Source: Candidatus Moraniibacteriota bacterium (lineage in GTDB: Bacteria; Patescibacteriota; Minisyncoccia; Moranbacterales; UBA2206). Taken from it: a stretch of 64,000 nucleotides of DNA. Made by a program: the position numbers and the translations under genes. Positions 29,533-40,232 of this stretch are shown in pieces. The notes beneath the pieces were generated by a model. That model was not told the origin of the DNA. It made no database searches and saw nothing but the letters and a program-made list of their open reading frames with translations. How positions within the stretch are numbered: position 1 is the first letter of the stretch; every line of letters starts with the position of its first letter. Where the stretch lies: NCBI GenBank assembly GCA_049303795.1, contig JBAQNM010000007.1, positions 13,665 through 77,664 on the forward strand. The letters run 5' to 3'.

Positions 29533-29642
29533 ATGCTTTTTGAGGCGAAACAGAAGTTGCGACGAACGCGTCAACTGATGTTTGCTAATGAATAATTATG
29601 AATTAACTGTATAACAGAATTGCTATTTTGGCAAGGAGACTT

Positions 29643-30494
29643 TTATGAAGGAAATATTTCTTCTTTGTTATGCACCTCCCCAACCTCGCTCAGGAATTCT
29701 TTGATTATTTTTGGATCATTTTGAATTGGAGTGGAAATGTTCCAAAGTATATTAAATTGGTTTTTTAGTAGTTGACGAAGCTCTTTGCTTTCAACGATAA
29801 AACCAAAATTCTCGGCCTTGGAAGACATAAACATCACTTTATTGCCATAAGCCCAATATCCCATAGAAAATTCAACCCCAGCAGGGGCGATTCGCACTTC
29901 GCGTTTCACTTCCTTGCCCGGTGCCAAAAATATGTTTTTTTCTATATTTTCTGATTTATCCAGTGGCCAGACTACTTTTATATAGATATTGCTACGAATT
30001 CTTTTCTTATTTAGTTCATGTAAAAATTCTTCTCCAACCACTTTCATCACGTCTTTTACCGGCCAGCACAGTTCTGTTTCTAGATCATTATATAAAAGCA
30101 CATCTTTTAGCATTGTCTTTAATTCTTCTATTCCTTCAAAATAATGAAATTTTGGGCTAATAAAGTCTGTCTTTTGGGATGACTTTAGGCTTTCTAGGAC
30201 TGATTCAAAATCAGTTCGTGTGCTTTCCAGAGTGTTAATTTTTTCATTTATGATGGTCTTTATCGTTTCTGGGGCAACTGCTTGCCACATTTTCACTTTG
30301 TTTTTCTCGCTTTGTGATACTAGGCCGTGTTGGGCAAGGTTTTCGAGTAGTCCATAAAGGGTTGATCTGGGCATATTTAGACGTTTGGCGAGATTTCCCG
30401 TTGGTGAAATTCCGCTATCTAGCAGGGCTAGATATATATCAGAATGTTCTTTTTTTAAGCCAAATTTATCAAATATTCTGTATAACATAAGCAA
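29643..30494 (-). CDS. TrmB-like HTH transcriptional regulator, paralog 1 of 4
   Basis: N-terminal wHTH (EHSDIYLALLDSGISPTGNLAKRLNMPRSTLYGLLENLAQHGLV) plus a C-terminal domain of about 190 aa. It shares this architecture with ORFs 47261, 57953 and 61465. Confidence 0.6.
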   Translation of the reverse strand: MLMLYRIFDKFGLKKEHSDIYLALLDSGISPTGNLAKRLNMPRSTLYGLLENLAQHGLVSQSEKNKVKMWQAVAPETIKTIINEKINTLESTRTDFESVLESLKSSQKTDFISPKFHYFEGIEELKTMLKDVLLYNDLETELCWPVKDVMKVVGEEFLHELNKKRIRSNIYIKVVWPLDKSENIEKNIFLAPGKEVKREVRIAPAGVEFSMGYWAYGNKVMFMSSKAENFGFIVESKELRQLLKNQFNILWNISTPIQNDPKIIKEFLSEVGEVHNKEEIFPS

Positions 30495-30625
30495 ATATTA
30501 ATATTTATTTGTCGCACTCCGCCGACACTATTTACTATACTATGTTTTTGGTGTATAGTCAAGCGTTAGGATAGAAATGAGAGATGTTTGAAAACTTAAT
30601 AGTTTATTGAAAAAGGAGAAAAATC

Positions 30626-31180
30626 ATGTTAAACAATCCGTTGATTTGGTGGAATTTCGTTCTTATTCTCGGAGCTTTGGATAGGCTCATCGTGGACAGT
30701 CAATTTTCTGAAGATTTTGATTTTAATGATAAATCGATTCACGCCAAGATTGTTAGAATTAATTGGCGTTGTAGTCACCTTGTTGTGTTCTTCGCGGTAG
30801 CTTTTGCGTTAATAGTTAGTGTCTTATGGATTTTTAACGATCCAATTTTTCCAGAAACTTCATTTAATATCTATGGTTATTCAATTATTTTAGCAGGTTA
30901 TCTGTCCGCAATTCATATGGGAAGGGGGTATGCTGTTGCGAGTGTGGCGAAAGGATTAGGAAAATATCTAGATGAAAAAGTTTTGCGTGACATAGAAGAA
31001 GTCATGAGAAAGGAAAGACTTGATGCATGGCGCTCGATTCAAAGCAATAACAGTGCCGGATTTCCCGGTGATAATGGTAAACATTATGAAAAAATCAAGG
31101 GTATTGAAAAAATAACAAGACTCATAATAGAAATAAAAAAAAGAAAAGAAGAGGAGGAAAATTATGCATTTCTTTTATGA
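30626..31180 (+). CDS. Hypothetical membrane protein
   Basis: 184 aa with 3 TM helices. Divergent from the TrmB-like gene. Confidence 0.4.
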   Translation: MLNNPLIWWNFVLILGALDRLIVDSQFSEDFDFNDKSIHAKIVRINWRCSHLVVFFAVAFALIVSVLWIFNDPIFPETSFNIYGYSIILAGYLSAIHMGRGYAVASVAKGLGKYLDEKVLRDIEEVMRKERLDAWRSIQSNNSAGFPGDNGKHYEKIKGIEKITRLIIEIKKRKEEEENYAFLL

Positions 31181-31712
31181 TTACATTTATCCATTAAGTA
31201 TTTTTATTGCCGTTGTTTCGATTCTGGGAGCTCCATTTGCTAGTTTATCTATGTTTTCTGCTTTTGTATGGATTCCGGATGGAATAGATGAAATAAAATA
31301 CTACTATAAAAAATGGAGATATGATAAAGAAATAAATTATTTCGGTAAATTACTGGTAGAAATATCAAAAACATTGGTTGGATCAATACCAGTAATTGCC
31401 ACTGTAATCACAATATTTTTCGCATTTGGAGCAAATAGTTATAAGATTGACCATACACCTAGAATTCAAGGCGCTTATGCAGTAATAGTAGATGTGAAAA
31501 AATCCATCAATACTGATGAGCAAAATAAAAAAATTATTTATGAAGTTATAATCGATATCAAGAATGCTGGGAGAAAAGAAGCAACATTAATAAGAGAGTC
31601 TTGGGAAAATCCATCTATTGGTGACGAAATTCTTGTTGGGACAAAAGACGGAAATTACTACTATGAATATTTTGAAGATTGTATCATTGCCGATCCCAAT
31701 CGAAAAGAATAA
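31164..31712 (+). CDS. Hypothetical membrane-anchored protein
   Basis: 182 aa with two N-terminal TM helices. Overlaps the preceding ORF by 17 nt. Confidence 0.4.
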   Translation: MHFFYDYIYPLSIFIAVVSILGAPFASLSMFSAFVWIPDGIDEIKYYYKKWRYDKEINYFGKLLVEISKTLVGSIPVIATVITIFFAFGANSYKIDHTPRIQGAYAVIVDVKKSINTDEQNKKIIYEVIIDIKNAGRKEATLIRESWENPSIGDEILVGTKDGNYYYEYFEDCIIADPNRKE

Positions 31713-31738
31713 TTAAAAATTGTAAATGTTCGAGTTTA

Positions 31739-31779
31739 AGCCCTATGGAAATTAAATATTTCCGCGGGGCTTTTTTTAT
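31739..31779 (+). terminator. Rho-independent terminator
   Basis: Hairpin gccctatggaaat...atttccgcggggc followed by ttttttt. Confidence 0.55.
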
Positions 31780-31827
31780 AATTATTTTTAGTTTCGCGCA
31801 TTAAGGTAGGTATGCTAGAATAAACTT

Positions 31828-33993
31828 ATGTCCAATCTTTTAGAAAATTTAAATCCAGCCCAAAGAGAAGCCGTGGAAACAACAGAGGGCGCGGTGCTTG
31901 TGATTGCCGGTGCCGGTTCGGGTAAAACGCGAGCGTTGACTTTTCGCACGGCGTATTTGATTTGCGAAAAAAATGTTCGTCCAGGACAGATTTTAGCGGT
32001 GACTTTCACTAATAAGGCGGCGAAAGAAATGAAAGAGCGAATTTCTCAATTACTTTTTGAAAATAATTTCAAAGGCAGTCTCCCGCTGGTCGGCACTTTT
32101 CACTCTATTTGCGCTAAGATTTTACGCGTGGAAATTGGAAAAATTGGCTATAAGAGTAATTTTAATATTTTCGACACGCAAGATCAGCAGGCGTTAATCA
32201 AGAAAACTATGAAAGAATTGAGTATTGATACAACTCAATTCCGTCCTCAAGCTATTTTGGGGGCAATTTCAAAAGCTAAAAATGAATTAATCACAGCAGA
32301 ATTGTTTAAAAAATCAGCTGGAGGTTATTGGGAAGATGTCGTTTCAAAGATATACACAAGTTATGAACAAAGGTTAAAGGCTAATAATGCACTTGATTTT
32401 GATGATATTCTGATGCTTTTGGTGGGGATTTTTCGTACCTATCCGGAAGTGCTGGAAAAATATCAAAATATGTTTCGCTATATTATGGTTGATGAATATC
32501 AAGATACTAATCATGCCCAATACGTGTTAATCAAAATGCTTTCAGACAAATATAAAAATATCTGCGTTGTGGGTGATGATTGGCAAGGTATTTATTCTTG
32601 GCGAGGGGCTAATATTCAGAATATTTTGGATTTTGAAAAAGACTATCCTAATGCCAAGGTGATTAAGTTGGAACAAAATTATCGTTCAACTCAGCAAATT
32701 CTCGATGCGGCTTATGGCGTTATCTCTAAAAATGTTAATCGCAAAGATAAAAATATTTGGACGGAAAATAAAGTTGGTCATCTTTTGGCTTCATATGAAG
32801 CGGAAGATGAAAGTGATGAAGCGCAATTTATTGCTTCAGAGGTGATTTCTTTGAAAATCAAGGGAATAAAGTTAAATGATATTGTGGTGCTTTATCGGAC
32901 TAACGCTCAGTCGCGAATTATTGAAGAGGCGATGCTTTCAAACTCAATTCCCTATCGGATTATCGGTGGGCTGAAATTTTATCAAAGAAAGGAAATAAAA
33001 GATATTATTGCTTATTTGCGGTTGATTGAAAATTATAACGATGAAATTTCCCTTGAGCGAATTATTAATGAGCCGAAACGTGGCATTGGTGATAAGACGC
33101 TGGAAAAGTGGATGCGAGTTTCCAAGGAAAACGGCATGGATCCAATTAGTTGCGGAATGGAAATCTTTGGCGGGGAAAATGAATTGAGTTGTAAGATAGT
33201 GGATAGTAAGAAAAATAGTATTCTTAGGTTTTGTGAGTTTGTAGAAAAAATAAATAAAATCAAAAATGAATTGACGCTAGCGAAGTTTATCCAGAAGGTC
33301 TTTATTGAGAGCGGTTATGAAAAATATTTGCTTGATGGAACGGATGAGGGTCAGACGCGAGCGGAAAATGTGCGAGAATTACTCACGGTGGCAAAAAAAT
33401 ATGATGATTTTTCCGATGGTGAAGGCTTGCGCTTATTTTTAGAAGAGGTCGCTTTAGTGGCCGATACAGATGACATTGATCAATCAAAAGAAGCGTTGCA
33501 TTTGATGACACTTCACAGTGCTAAGGGATTGGAGTTTCAATACGTTTTTATTGTTGGCTTGGAAGAAGGGATTTTGCCACATTCGCGAAGTATGCTTTCT
33601 GAAATTGAAATGGAAGAAGAAAGACGCTTAATGTATGTTGGAATTACTCGTGCCAAGCAAAAAGTTTATTTGCTTTTTACCAAAATGCGCACAATTTTTG
33701 GTTCAACGCAAATTAATGCGCCATCAAGATTTTTAGAAGATATTCCCGAGGAGCTTATAGAGAATGCTTTATTATCACAATCTTCTATAAAAGCTGATGA
33801 ATTTATGTCTTCACGAAATAAGCCAATCTTAACTAAACAAAAAGAAAGCTTTAAGGGCGGTGAGAGAGTGATACATGAAAAATTTGGAGAGGGAATTGTG
33901 ATTTCTTCTCAAGGTGATATAGTTACAGTGGCTTTCAAGAAAGCAGGTCTAAAGAAGCTTTCATCTTCAATTGCACCGCTCGTAAGGATTTAG
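31828..33993 (+). CDS. pcrA: UvrD/PcrA-family ATP-dependent DNA helicase
   Basis: Walker A GAGSGKT and helicase motifs TFTNKAA, VDEYQDTN, YRS and VGITRAK, plus the C-terminal UvrD tail. 721 aa. Confidence 0.92.
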   Translation: MSNLLENLNPAQREAVETTEGAVLVIAGAGSGKTRALTFRTAYLICEKNVRPGQILAVTFTNKAAKEMKERISQLLFENNFKGSLPLVGTFHSICAKILRVEIGKIGYKSNFNIFDTQDQQALIKKTMKELSIDTTQFRPQAILGAISKAKNELITAELFKKSAGGYWEDVVSKIYTSYEQRLKANNALDFDDILMLLVGIFRTYPEVLEKYQNMFRYIMVDEYQDTNHAQYVLIKMLSDKYKNICVVGDDWQGIYSWRGANIQNILDFEKDYPNAKVIKLEQNYRSTQQILDAAYGVISKNVNRKDKNIWTENKVGHLLASYEAEDESDEAQFIASEVISLKIKGIKLNDIVVLYRTNAQSRIIEEAMLSNSIPYRIIGGLKFYQRKEIKDIIAYLRLIENYNDEISLERIINEPKRGIGDKTLEKWMRVSKENGMDPISCGMEIFGGENELSCKIVDSKKNSILRFCEFVEKINKIKNELTLAKFIQKVFIESGYEKYLLDGTDEGQTRAENVRELLTVAKKYDDFSDGEGLRLFLEEVALVADTDDIDQSKEALHLMTLHSAKGLEFQYVFIVGLEEGILPHSRSMLSEIEMEEERRLMYVGITRAKQKVYLLFTKMRTIFGSTQINAPSRFLEDIPEELIENALLSQSSIKADEFMSSRNKPILTKQKESFKGGERVIHEKFGEGIVISSQGDIVTVAFKKAGLKKLSSSIAPLVRI

Positions 33994-34018
33994 GCTGAAG
34001 ACTCAGCAGTCAAAAATA

Positions 34019-34058
34019 AAAACCGCTAGATTATCAATAATCGAGCGGTTTTTATTTT
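34019..34058. terminator. Bidirectional rho-independent terminator between convergent pcrA and the LysM-CHAP gene
   Basis: Stem aaccgct(aga) / (tcg)agcggtt flanked by an A-run upstream and a T-run downstream. Confidence 0.5.
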
Positions 34059-34073
34059 TATGAGAGCGAGGAT

Positions 34074-35168
34074 TTATTTGTAGTAAATAAAACCTTTAAT
34101 CACTCTAGATTTAGAGCTTAGTTTACGTGTGCTTTTTTTAGCAAAACCTTTGTAATTCATTTCAGAAACAGTAACGGTATCTCCAGAAACTGCTTCGACA
34201 ATAGCCACATGACCCCACCATGATTCCGATGTCACCATGATAGCACCAACCTTTGGCGTTCTTCCAGTGGCATATCCGGCTGATTTTGCATTATATAACC
34301 AAGCTCCAGCATTGCCACTCCAAGGAATATATCTTCTTTGAGCAACATACCAAGTACAATAGCCATAAGGGAAGCTGTGTCCTGATCCCGCCTTTCCTTC
34401 CAATACTTTTCCGGTTGAAAATGGCTCATAGGGTCTCTGGGCAATTCCAATTGAGTTTGTGCTTGGTGTTGGTGTTGGGCGAGGAATTTCTTTTTGACCG
34501 CCAGGAATGATAATTATTTGCCCTTCTTTAATCTCTCCATCTGCATGAAGGCTGTTAAAAGCGATAATCTCGCCTTTTTCAGCTTTAAAGTCTTTAGCAA
34601 TGCTATCAATGTCGTCTCCTTTTTTGACAGTGTAGGATAAACCAGAAAGAGGTAGGATAAATATTTTATCCCCAGGCATAATTGAATTAACATCATCTAG
34701 TTCATTAGCCCAAAGAATTGTATTGACGGTAATATGATTGGCTTCAGCAATACTTCCAATTGTATCGCCTTCTTTGACTTCATAGATGGTTAGTCCGCCA
34801 TCTTCTTCTGGGTCTTTAAGTACAGGACTATTTTCAGACACCAAAGAGTTGCCTTCCATAAGAAGAGGATCTGAAGATGAGTTATCATTATTGATAAGAG
34901 TTGGATCTGGTACAGTACTTGCTTCAGCTAATGGCGCCAGTGCAAGGGATGTTTTACAATCAGCATTTAGAAATATCTTATTCTCTAAGGGATTTGAATA
35001 GTTGTCAGTGCTTTCGAAATAGCCAAATAAAAAACCACTAGACTCTCTTCCAGAGGCGAGATTAGTAGCTGATACGAGAAGTGCACAAGAAACAACAACA
35101 ATAAAGGAAGCATAATTCCTAAAAAGATGAAGAATTTTGATCGTACGATGTTCCTTTACAAGGCGCAC
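34074..35168 (-). CDS. Peptidoglycan hydrolase with two LysM domains and a C-terminal CHAP domain
   Basis: Two LysM repeats (YEVKEGDTIGSIA.., YTVKKGDDIDSIA..). The C-terminal part carries the CHAP Cys...His pattern (GYCTWYV...WGHVAIV). It has an N-terminal TM/signal segment. Confidence 0.8.
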   Translation of the reverse strand: MRLVKEHRTIKILHLFRNYASFIVVVSCALLVSATNLASGRESSGFLFGYFESTDNYSNPLENKIFLNADCKTSLALAPLAEASTVPDPTLINNDNSSSDPLLMEGNSLVSENSPVLKDPEEDGGLTIYEVKEGDTIGSIAEANHITVNTILWANELDDVNSIMPGDKIFILPLSGLSYTVKKGDDIDSIAKDFKAEKGEIIAFNSLHADGEIKEGQIIIIPGGQKEIPRPTPTPSTNSIGIAQRPYEPFSTGKVLEGKAGSGHSFPYGYCTWYVAQRRYIPWSGNAGAWLYNAKSAGYATGRTPKVGAIMVTSESWWGHVAIVEAVSGDTVTVSEMNYKGFAKKSTRKLSSKSRVIKGFIYYK

Positions 35169-35420
35169 TAAGTTTGCTTGTGCCCTATGAATTGCGGTGA
35201 TTATATTTTTTAGATTTTTCTGACAAAAAAAAGTTTTTGGTATTGGTTGAATTAGATTACTAATACAATTAACCTTTCAGGTGGTTTTAGTAAGAATTAA
35301 GCCTTCCTTTTAATGGATGATTAGCCAAACCTTAAATCTAAAACCTTAATTTTTATCTACAAAATAGTATAGGCTATTTAGGGATTTTTGTCAATTGCGT
35401 TTTTAGTATAGAATAGAGAT

Positions 35421-36362
35421 ATGCAAATCAAGGAATTGAAGACACAATTTTTGGAATATATGGAGATTGAGAAGGGGCGTTCTCAAAAGACCATTGAAAA
35501 TTATGATCACTATTTGAATCGTTTTTTGGACTGGTCAAAAATAACAAAACCTTCAGAAATTACAGTCGAACTGGTTCGGAATTTTCGTGTCTATTTAAAT
35601 CGGTTTGAAAATGAAAAAGGTGAAAGATTGAAAAAGGTAACGCAAGGGTTTTATGTTATCGCTTTGCGTAGTTTTTTGAAATTTCTAGCAAAACGGGATA
35701 TTTCAGCTCTACAAGCGGAAAAAATTGAAATTGGCAAATCAAGTTCTCGTGAGGTGGAATTCCTAGAGGTTGATGAAGTGGAGAGAATCTTAAATGAAGC
35801 AAATGGAAAGGATATAAAAGCATTGCGTGACAGGGCTATTTTGGAGTTACTTTTCTCTGCTGGCCTGCGTGTTTCAGAACTTACTAATATTAATCGAGAG
35901 AAAATTGACTTGAAAACTCAAGAATTGAGTGTGCGAGGCAAGGGTGATAAGGTTCGCGTAGTGTTTATTTCTAATGAAGCATCTTTGGCGATTAAAGAAT
36001 ATCTAGATAAAAGAATGGATGTTGATCCGGCCCTTTTTGTGCGGGATGTTGCTGGTTTGGCTAAATTCGAAAAAAAAGGCTCCAATAAAGCTGTGGATAA
36101 CCTGAGGTTAACACCAAGATCAGTACAAAGAATCGTCAAATATTATGCAACTAAAGCGGGAATTGTGAAAGATGTCCATCCACATACTTTGCGTCATTCT
36201 TTTGCTACAGATTTGCTTATTAATGGAGCGGATATTCGCTCAGTACAAGCCATGCTTGGGCATTCTTCAATCACAACAACACAGGTTTATACACACGTAA
36301 CAAATAAACAACTCAGAGAGGTGCATCAAGCTTTTCATTCAAGGAGAAAAAAGACTAAATAA
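35421..36362 (+). CDS. Tyrosine site-specific recombinase, XerC/XerD family
   Basis: N-terminal SAM-like domain. The C-terminal catalytic motifs are LRHSFATDLLINGADIRSVQAMLGHSSITTTQVYTHV (R..H..R..Y). Confidence 0.88.
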   Translation: MQIKELKTQFLEYMEIEKGRSQKTIENYDHYLNRFLDWSKITKPSEITVELVRNFRVYLNRFENEKGERLKKVTQGFYVIALRSFLKFLAKRDISALQAEKIEIGKSSSREVEFLEVDEVERILNEANGKDIKALRDRAILELLFSAGLRVSELTNINREKIDLKTQELSVRGKGDKVRVVFISNEASLAIKEYLDKRMDVDPALFVRDVAGLAKFEKKGSNKAVDNLRLTPRSVQRIVKYYATKAGIVKDVHPHTLRHSFATDLLINGADIRSVQAMLGHSSITTTQVYTHVTNKQLREVHQAFHSRRKKTK

Positions 36363-36407
36363 ATTTAGTCAGTTTTAAGCGAAATTTTTTATAATTGCTG
36401 TTTAGGG

Positions 36408-37064
36408 CTATTTTTCATCAACAATTTTCAAAAAGCTCTCTATTTTCTTTTTATATCTTTTCAAAAAATATTTCAAATCATAAGTGAAAAGTTCCGGCGA
36501 AACTTTCATTTCTTTTTGAAGTGCATTCCATTTGTAATATAGAACACCGCTGGCTTCTTTATCTGCAGGTTTAATCGGTCCATTATAAAAACCAAAATAA
36601 AAATCAAACTTATTGGCTATTTTAACTACTTTCTTTTGCATAATTTTCTCAAAAACATCCACATCGGTTTCAATAAATTGGATAAGAGCTGAACGATCTA
36701 AGTAGTTTTTTAACAAATGAAAAGTCTTCTTGAAATCTTCTTTGGAATCCAATACGAATGATGGTACATGTAATTCCTGAAGGGTTTCTGACATGGTTGT
36801 GTAGGTAGGAGTAAATCCAAAGACTACATGCCCGCCAATTGTTTTGTCGATCAATCCTGGATTATGATTTTTTTCCAAAGATCTTTTTTGTAAAATAAGC
36901 TCTTTATCAGGAGTGAAAAGTAAAATTTGAACAATTTCACAAGCCTTGGTTGGTTTACCAGTTTTATTGAAAATTCTTTTTTGTTCACGATAAAACTCCT
37001 CTCGCTTCATAGGAGTTGGCTTGGTTGAGAACGGTAGTTTATATGTTGTGATTGTTTCGGACAT
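36408..37064 (-). CDS. Hypothetical protein
   Basis: 218-aa ORF with no confident motif. There is a weak Nudix-like GGHVVFGF stretch, but the Nudix box is not complete. Confidence 0.4.
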   Translation of the reverse strand: MSETITTYKLPFSTKPTPMKREEFYREQKRIFNKTGKPTKACEIVQILLFTPDKELILQKRSLEKNHNPGLIDKTIGGHVVFGFTPTYTTMSETLQELHVPSFVLDSKEDFKKTFHLLKNYLDRSALIQFIETDVDVFEKIMQKKVVKIANKFDFYFGFYNGPIKPADKEASGVLYYKWNALQKEMKVSPELFTYDLKYFLKRYKKKIESFLKIVDEK

Positions 37065-37080
37065 AAAATGGGTAAAATGT

Positions 37081-37152
37081 TGTGGGACCAGCTGGATTCG
37101 AACCAGCGACCAAGAGATTATGAGTCCCCTGCTCTACCACTGAGCTATGGTC
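37081..37152 (-). tRNA. tRNA-Met (anticodon CAT). It cannot be distinguished by eye from initiator or tRNA-Ile2; tilS is present nearby.
   Basis: The reverse complement folds as a cloverleaf: GGGACCA acceptor, D-arm GCTCAGTGGTAGAGC, anticodon loop CTCATAA, T-arm GGTTCGAATCC. Confidence 0.8.
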
Positions 37153-37162
37153 CCTATTTTTT

Positions 37163-37238
37163 TGTGGGTATATCCCGACTCGAACGGGAGACCTCTACAA
37201 TGTCAATGTAGCGCTCTAACCAACTGAGCTATACACCC
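37163..37238 (-). tRNA. tRNA-Val (anticodon GAC)
   Basis: The reverse complement has GGGTGTA acceptor, D-arm GCTCAGTTGGTTAGAGC, anticodon stem-loop CTACA-TTGACAT-TGTAG, and T-arm TCCCGTTCGAGTCGGGA. Confidence 0.8.
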
Positions 37239-37282
37239 CCGTAATAGTCTTATCTTACTTGTGATTTTCCTTCTCGTCAAAA

Positions 37283-38293
37283 TTATTTTTTTGTATCAAT
37301 AGTTTTTATTACATCTGTTGCATTTGAATTTTCTATTATTTCTTCCGATGCCAGTTTTTTGATTGTTTCCACAACAACTTTTTTTATCTTTGGGGTAGCA
37401 ATTCGATAGAAAAAAAGGATCCAAGCAACTTGTGAGAAAACAATAAAAACTGAAAATAACAATATTATGGCTATAATAGACATGACAAAGATTATTATTG
37501 CTATAAATAGAGCACTTTCCTTAAAAACAAATAAAATAATTAATCCAATTATTACAGAAATAAACATAAGTAGTAATAATAGTGCCATGGCAACTAGTAA
37601 ATAAAGCAGGCTGATGGGGATAAAAATTAAAGACATGATTAGGCTGGATAATATGTTTTTTTTAAAAAGGGCGTAGGCATTTTCAATAGCTAGCCAGGGT
37701 TTTAAATCAGCCAGTGTTGCATAAAAACAGGCATATGTTTGAATGAATTTATATAACATAATTAGTGAAGCACAAATCAGAAAAGCAAGGATAGCGAGTG
37801 GAATAGCTGATGAATAAGCTTTTACAGAAAATAAGGTCATAACAGGCGCAATTAATACGAACATACAGAAAAACAGCGCTAAAGAGGAAAATAGAATTAT
37901 ATAAGCATTATTCTTGAAATATTTTCTCCCATCTTTCCAAGCAGATAAAAATGAGGCCGGTTCTTTTTTTAGTATTCTCTGAGTAGATTTAATAATTGCA
38001 CCCTTACTTAAAAATAGTAGTAGTGTGGAGAGAAGAAAGGTTATAATTAGAGTTATTCCTAAAAAAATAAGGAGTTTACTGTGGTTTTCTATAAATTCTT
38101 GAAGATGGATTTGTTCTGAAAAATCGCGCCATTCTTTTGTTGGTTCGCTATTAATTTGAGGAGAATAGCCCGGACTAGTTATGATAAACAATAAAATAAA
38201 GAAGCCAAACCACCATAAAAAACGATTCTTCCAGACAATTTTCCAGGCATCACGAAGTATTTGTATGTATTTAATGTTAGACATAAAATTCAA
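37283..38293 (-). CDS. Hypothetical polytopic membrane protein
   Basis: 336 aa with about 7 TM helices. No motif recognised. Confidence 0.45.
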   Translation of the reverse strand: MNFMSNIKYIQILRDAWKIVWKNRFLWWFGFFILLFIITSPGYSPQINSEPTKEWRDFSEQIHLQEFIENHSKLLIFLGITLIITFLLSTLLLFLSKGAIIKSTQRILKKEPASFLSAWKDGRKYFKNNAYIILFSSLALFFCMFVLIAPVMTLFSVKAYSSAIPLAILAFLICASLIMLYKFIQTYACFYATLADLKPWLAIENAYALFKKNILSSLIMSLIFIPISLLYLLVAMALLLLLMFISVIIGLIILFVFKESALFIAIIIFVMSIIAIILLFSVFIVFSQVAWILFFYRIATPKIKKVVVETIKKLASEEIIENSNATDVIKTIDTKK

Positions 38294-38322
38294 AAATCTT
38301 ACAAACTAAGCTATTTTATTAG

Positions 38323-40206
38323 CTACTTTTTTTCTTCAAAATTTTCCGTGTTTAATTCTTCGTCTGATTGATCTTCTTTTTTATTTGGTAATTCAATTCC
38401 CATTATCTGGTTAAATTCGGATTGTTCAATAGTTTCTTTTTCCAGAAGCACTTCTGAAATTTTATCAAGCAGAATTTTTTTATCAAGCAGAATTTTTTCT
38501 GTAACTTGGTAGGCGTTATTAATAAATTTAGTTACTTGATTGTCAATTTCACGAGATGTTTCTTCAGAATAATTCTTTTCCTCATGCATTTCTTTGCCCA
38601 GGAAAACTAATTCTTCCTTATGACCGAAAGTTCTTGGTCCAAGCTCACTCATTCCATAGCGAGTAACGAGATTTCTAGCAATGGCTGTTGCTCTTTCGAG
38701 ATCATTAGATGCTCCAGTTGTTATGTCGCCAAACGTAATCTTTTCACTAATATATCCACCTAGAAATACTGACAGTTCATCAATAAAATAATTTCTTGAA
38801 TGTAGCATTTTATCTTTTGTCGGAGCATTTAATGTATATCCTCCAGCGTTACCTCGGGAAATAATGGAAACTTTTTGAACTGGATCCGCGTGTTTTAATG
38901 TTGCGGCAACAAGAGCATGTCCAGCTTCATGATAAGCAATAATTTTCTTCTCCTCTTCATCAATACGACGACTTTTTCTTTCTGGTCCAAGAATAACTTT
39001 TTCAATCGAATTAGTTAGTTCTGGCATACCAATAGTTTTTTTACCTTTTCTTGCTGCAAGAATAGCTGCTTCATTTAGTAGATTGGAAAGATCAGCACCG
39101 GAAAATCCAGGTGTGCGTTGCGCGATTACCCGCAAATCAACTTCTTTGATGAGCGGTTTATTTTTCGAATGAATTTCCAGGATAGCTTTTCTTTCTTCGA
39201 TATCTGGAAGATCCATAACGACACGACGATCAAAACGACCGGGACGAAGTAGCGCTGGGTCGAGAACATCTGGACGATTTGTAGCAGCAATTACAATTAC
39301 ATTAACATTTGTATCAAATCCATCCATTTCAACTAGTATTTGATTTAGTGTTTGCTCTCTTTCGTCATGTCCACCACCAAGCCCTGCACCACGATGACGA
39401 CCGACAGCATCAATTTCATCAATAAAAACAATAGCAGGTGCATTTTTTTTGGCTTGCTTGAATAGATCTCTCACGCGGCTTGCACCAACACCAACAAACA
39501 TTTCCACAAATTCTGAACCTGAAATATTAAAAAAAGGAACATTGGCTTCTCCAGCTACTGCTTTTGCAATTAGTGTTTTTCCAGTTCCCGGTGAACCTAG
39601 GAGAAGAACGCCTTTAGGAATTTTTGCTCCAAGACTAAGAAATTTTTTCGGGTTTTTTAGAAATTCAACGATCTCATACAATTCTTCTTTTGCTTCTCTT
39701 GCTCCAGCTACATTAGAAAATAAAACTCGATTCTTTTTATCTTTTGGGTCGATAACTCGTGCCTTTGACATGCCAAAAGAAAGTGCTTGATTGTTACCTC
39801 TTTGTGCTTGACGTAACATAAACCAAATAAAACCTCCGATTAGGAGAAAGGGTAATAGGATTGGTAGTATCGAGCTCATCCACATACTAGTAGCCGTTTC
39901 CCCTTTTACTGTGATGTTCACAGCTTTTAATTTTTCTTGATCAACACCATAATTTTTAAGAGTTTCTGTTATACCTGATTCTCTTTCTTTAATGGTTTTT
40001 TCAGTCTTTCCATCAAGCATTTTTATCGTTAACTCATCGTTATTAACAGAGATTTCTTTAATTTTTTGATCATTAATCTGAGAAACTAATGTGGAAAGAG
40101 AGATATCGTCTGGTTTTTTCTCTGGTGATGCAAAAAGAGTGAAAATTGATGCTACGAAGAGAAAAAACAATAGAACAAAGCCAATATTTTTGAGTAGATT
40201 CTTCAT
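38323..40206 (-). CDS. ftsH: ATP-dependent zinc metalloprotease FtsH
   Basis: N-terminal TM, periplasmic region and second TM. AAA module with GPPGTGKT and DEIDA, SRH, and the zinc motif HEAGHA. Confidence 0.95.
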   Translation of the reverse strand: MKNLLKNIGFVLLFFLFVASIFTLFASPEKKPDDISLSTLVSQINDQKIKEISVNNDELTIKMLDGKTEKTIKERESGITETLKNYGVDQEKLKAVNITVKGETATSMWMSSILPILLPFLLIGGFIWFMLRQAQRGNNQALSFGMSKARVIDPKDKKNRVLFSNVAGAREAKEELYEIVEFLKNPKKFLSLGAKIPKGVLLLGSPGTGKTLIAKAVAGEANVPFFNISGSEFVEMFVGVGASRVRDLFKQAKKNAPAIVFIDEIDAVGRHRGAGLGGGHDEREQTLNQILVEMDGFDTNVNVIVIAATNRPDVLDPALLRPGRFDRRVVMDLPDIEERKAILEIHSKNKPLIKEVDLRVIAQRTPGFSGADLSNLLNEAAILAARKGKKTIGMPELTNSIEKVILGPERKSRRIDEEEKKIIAYHEAGHALVAATLKHADPVQKVSIISRGNAGGYTLNAPTKDKMLHSRNYFIDELSVFLGGYISEKITFGDITTGASNDLERATAIARNLVTRYGMSELGPRTFGHKEELVFLGKEMHEEKNYSEETSREIDNQVTKFINNAYQVTEKILLDKKILLDKISEVLLEKETIEQSEFNQIMGIELPNKKEDQSDEELNTENFEEKK

Positions 40207-40232
40207 GTAAGTTATTTTTAGTAATTAACGAG

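Noticed and set aside
35421-37238. Xer-family recombinase plus adjacent tRNA-Met/tRNA-Val as the integrase and attachment site of an integrated element
   Set aside because: No duplication of either tRNA 3' end was found nearby. The recombinase has the size and domain layout of housekeeping XerC/D. It is kept as a chromosomal dimer-resolution recombinase, but it remains the only candidate catalyst for the 3'-end-targeted islands.
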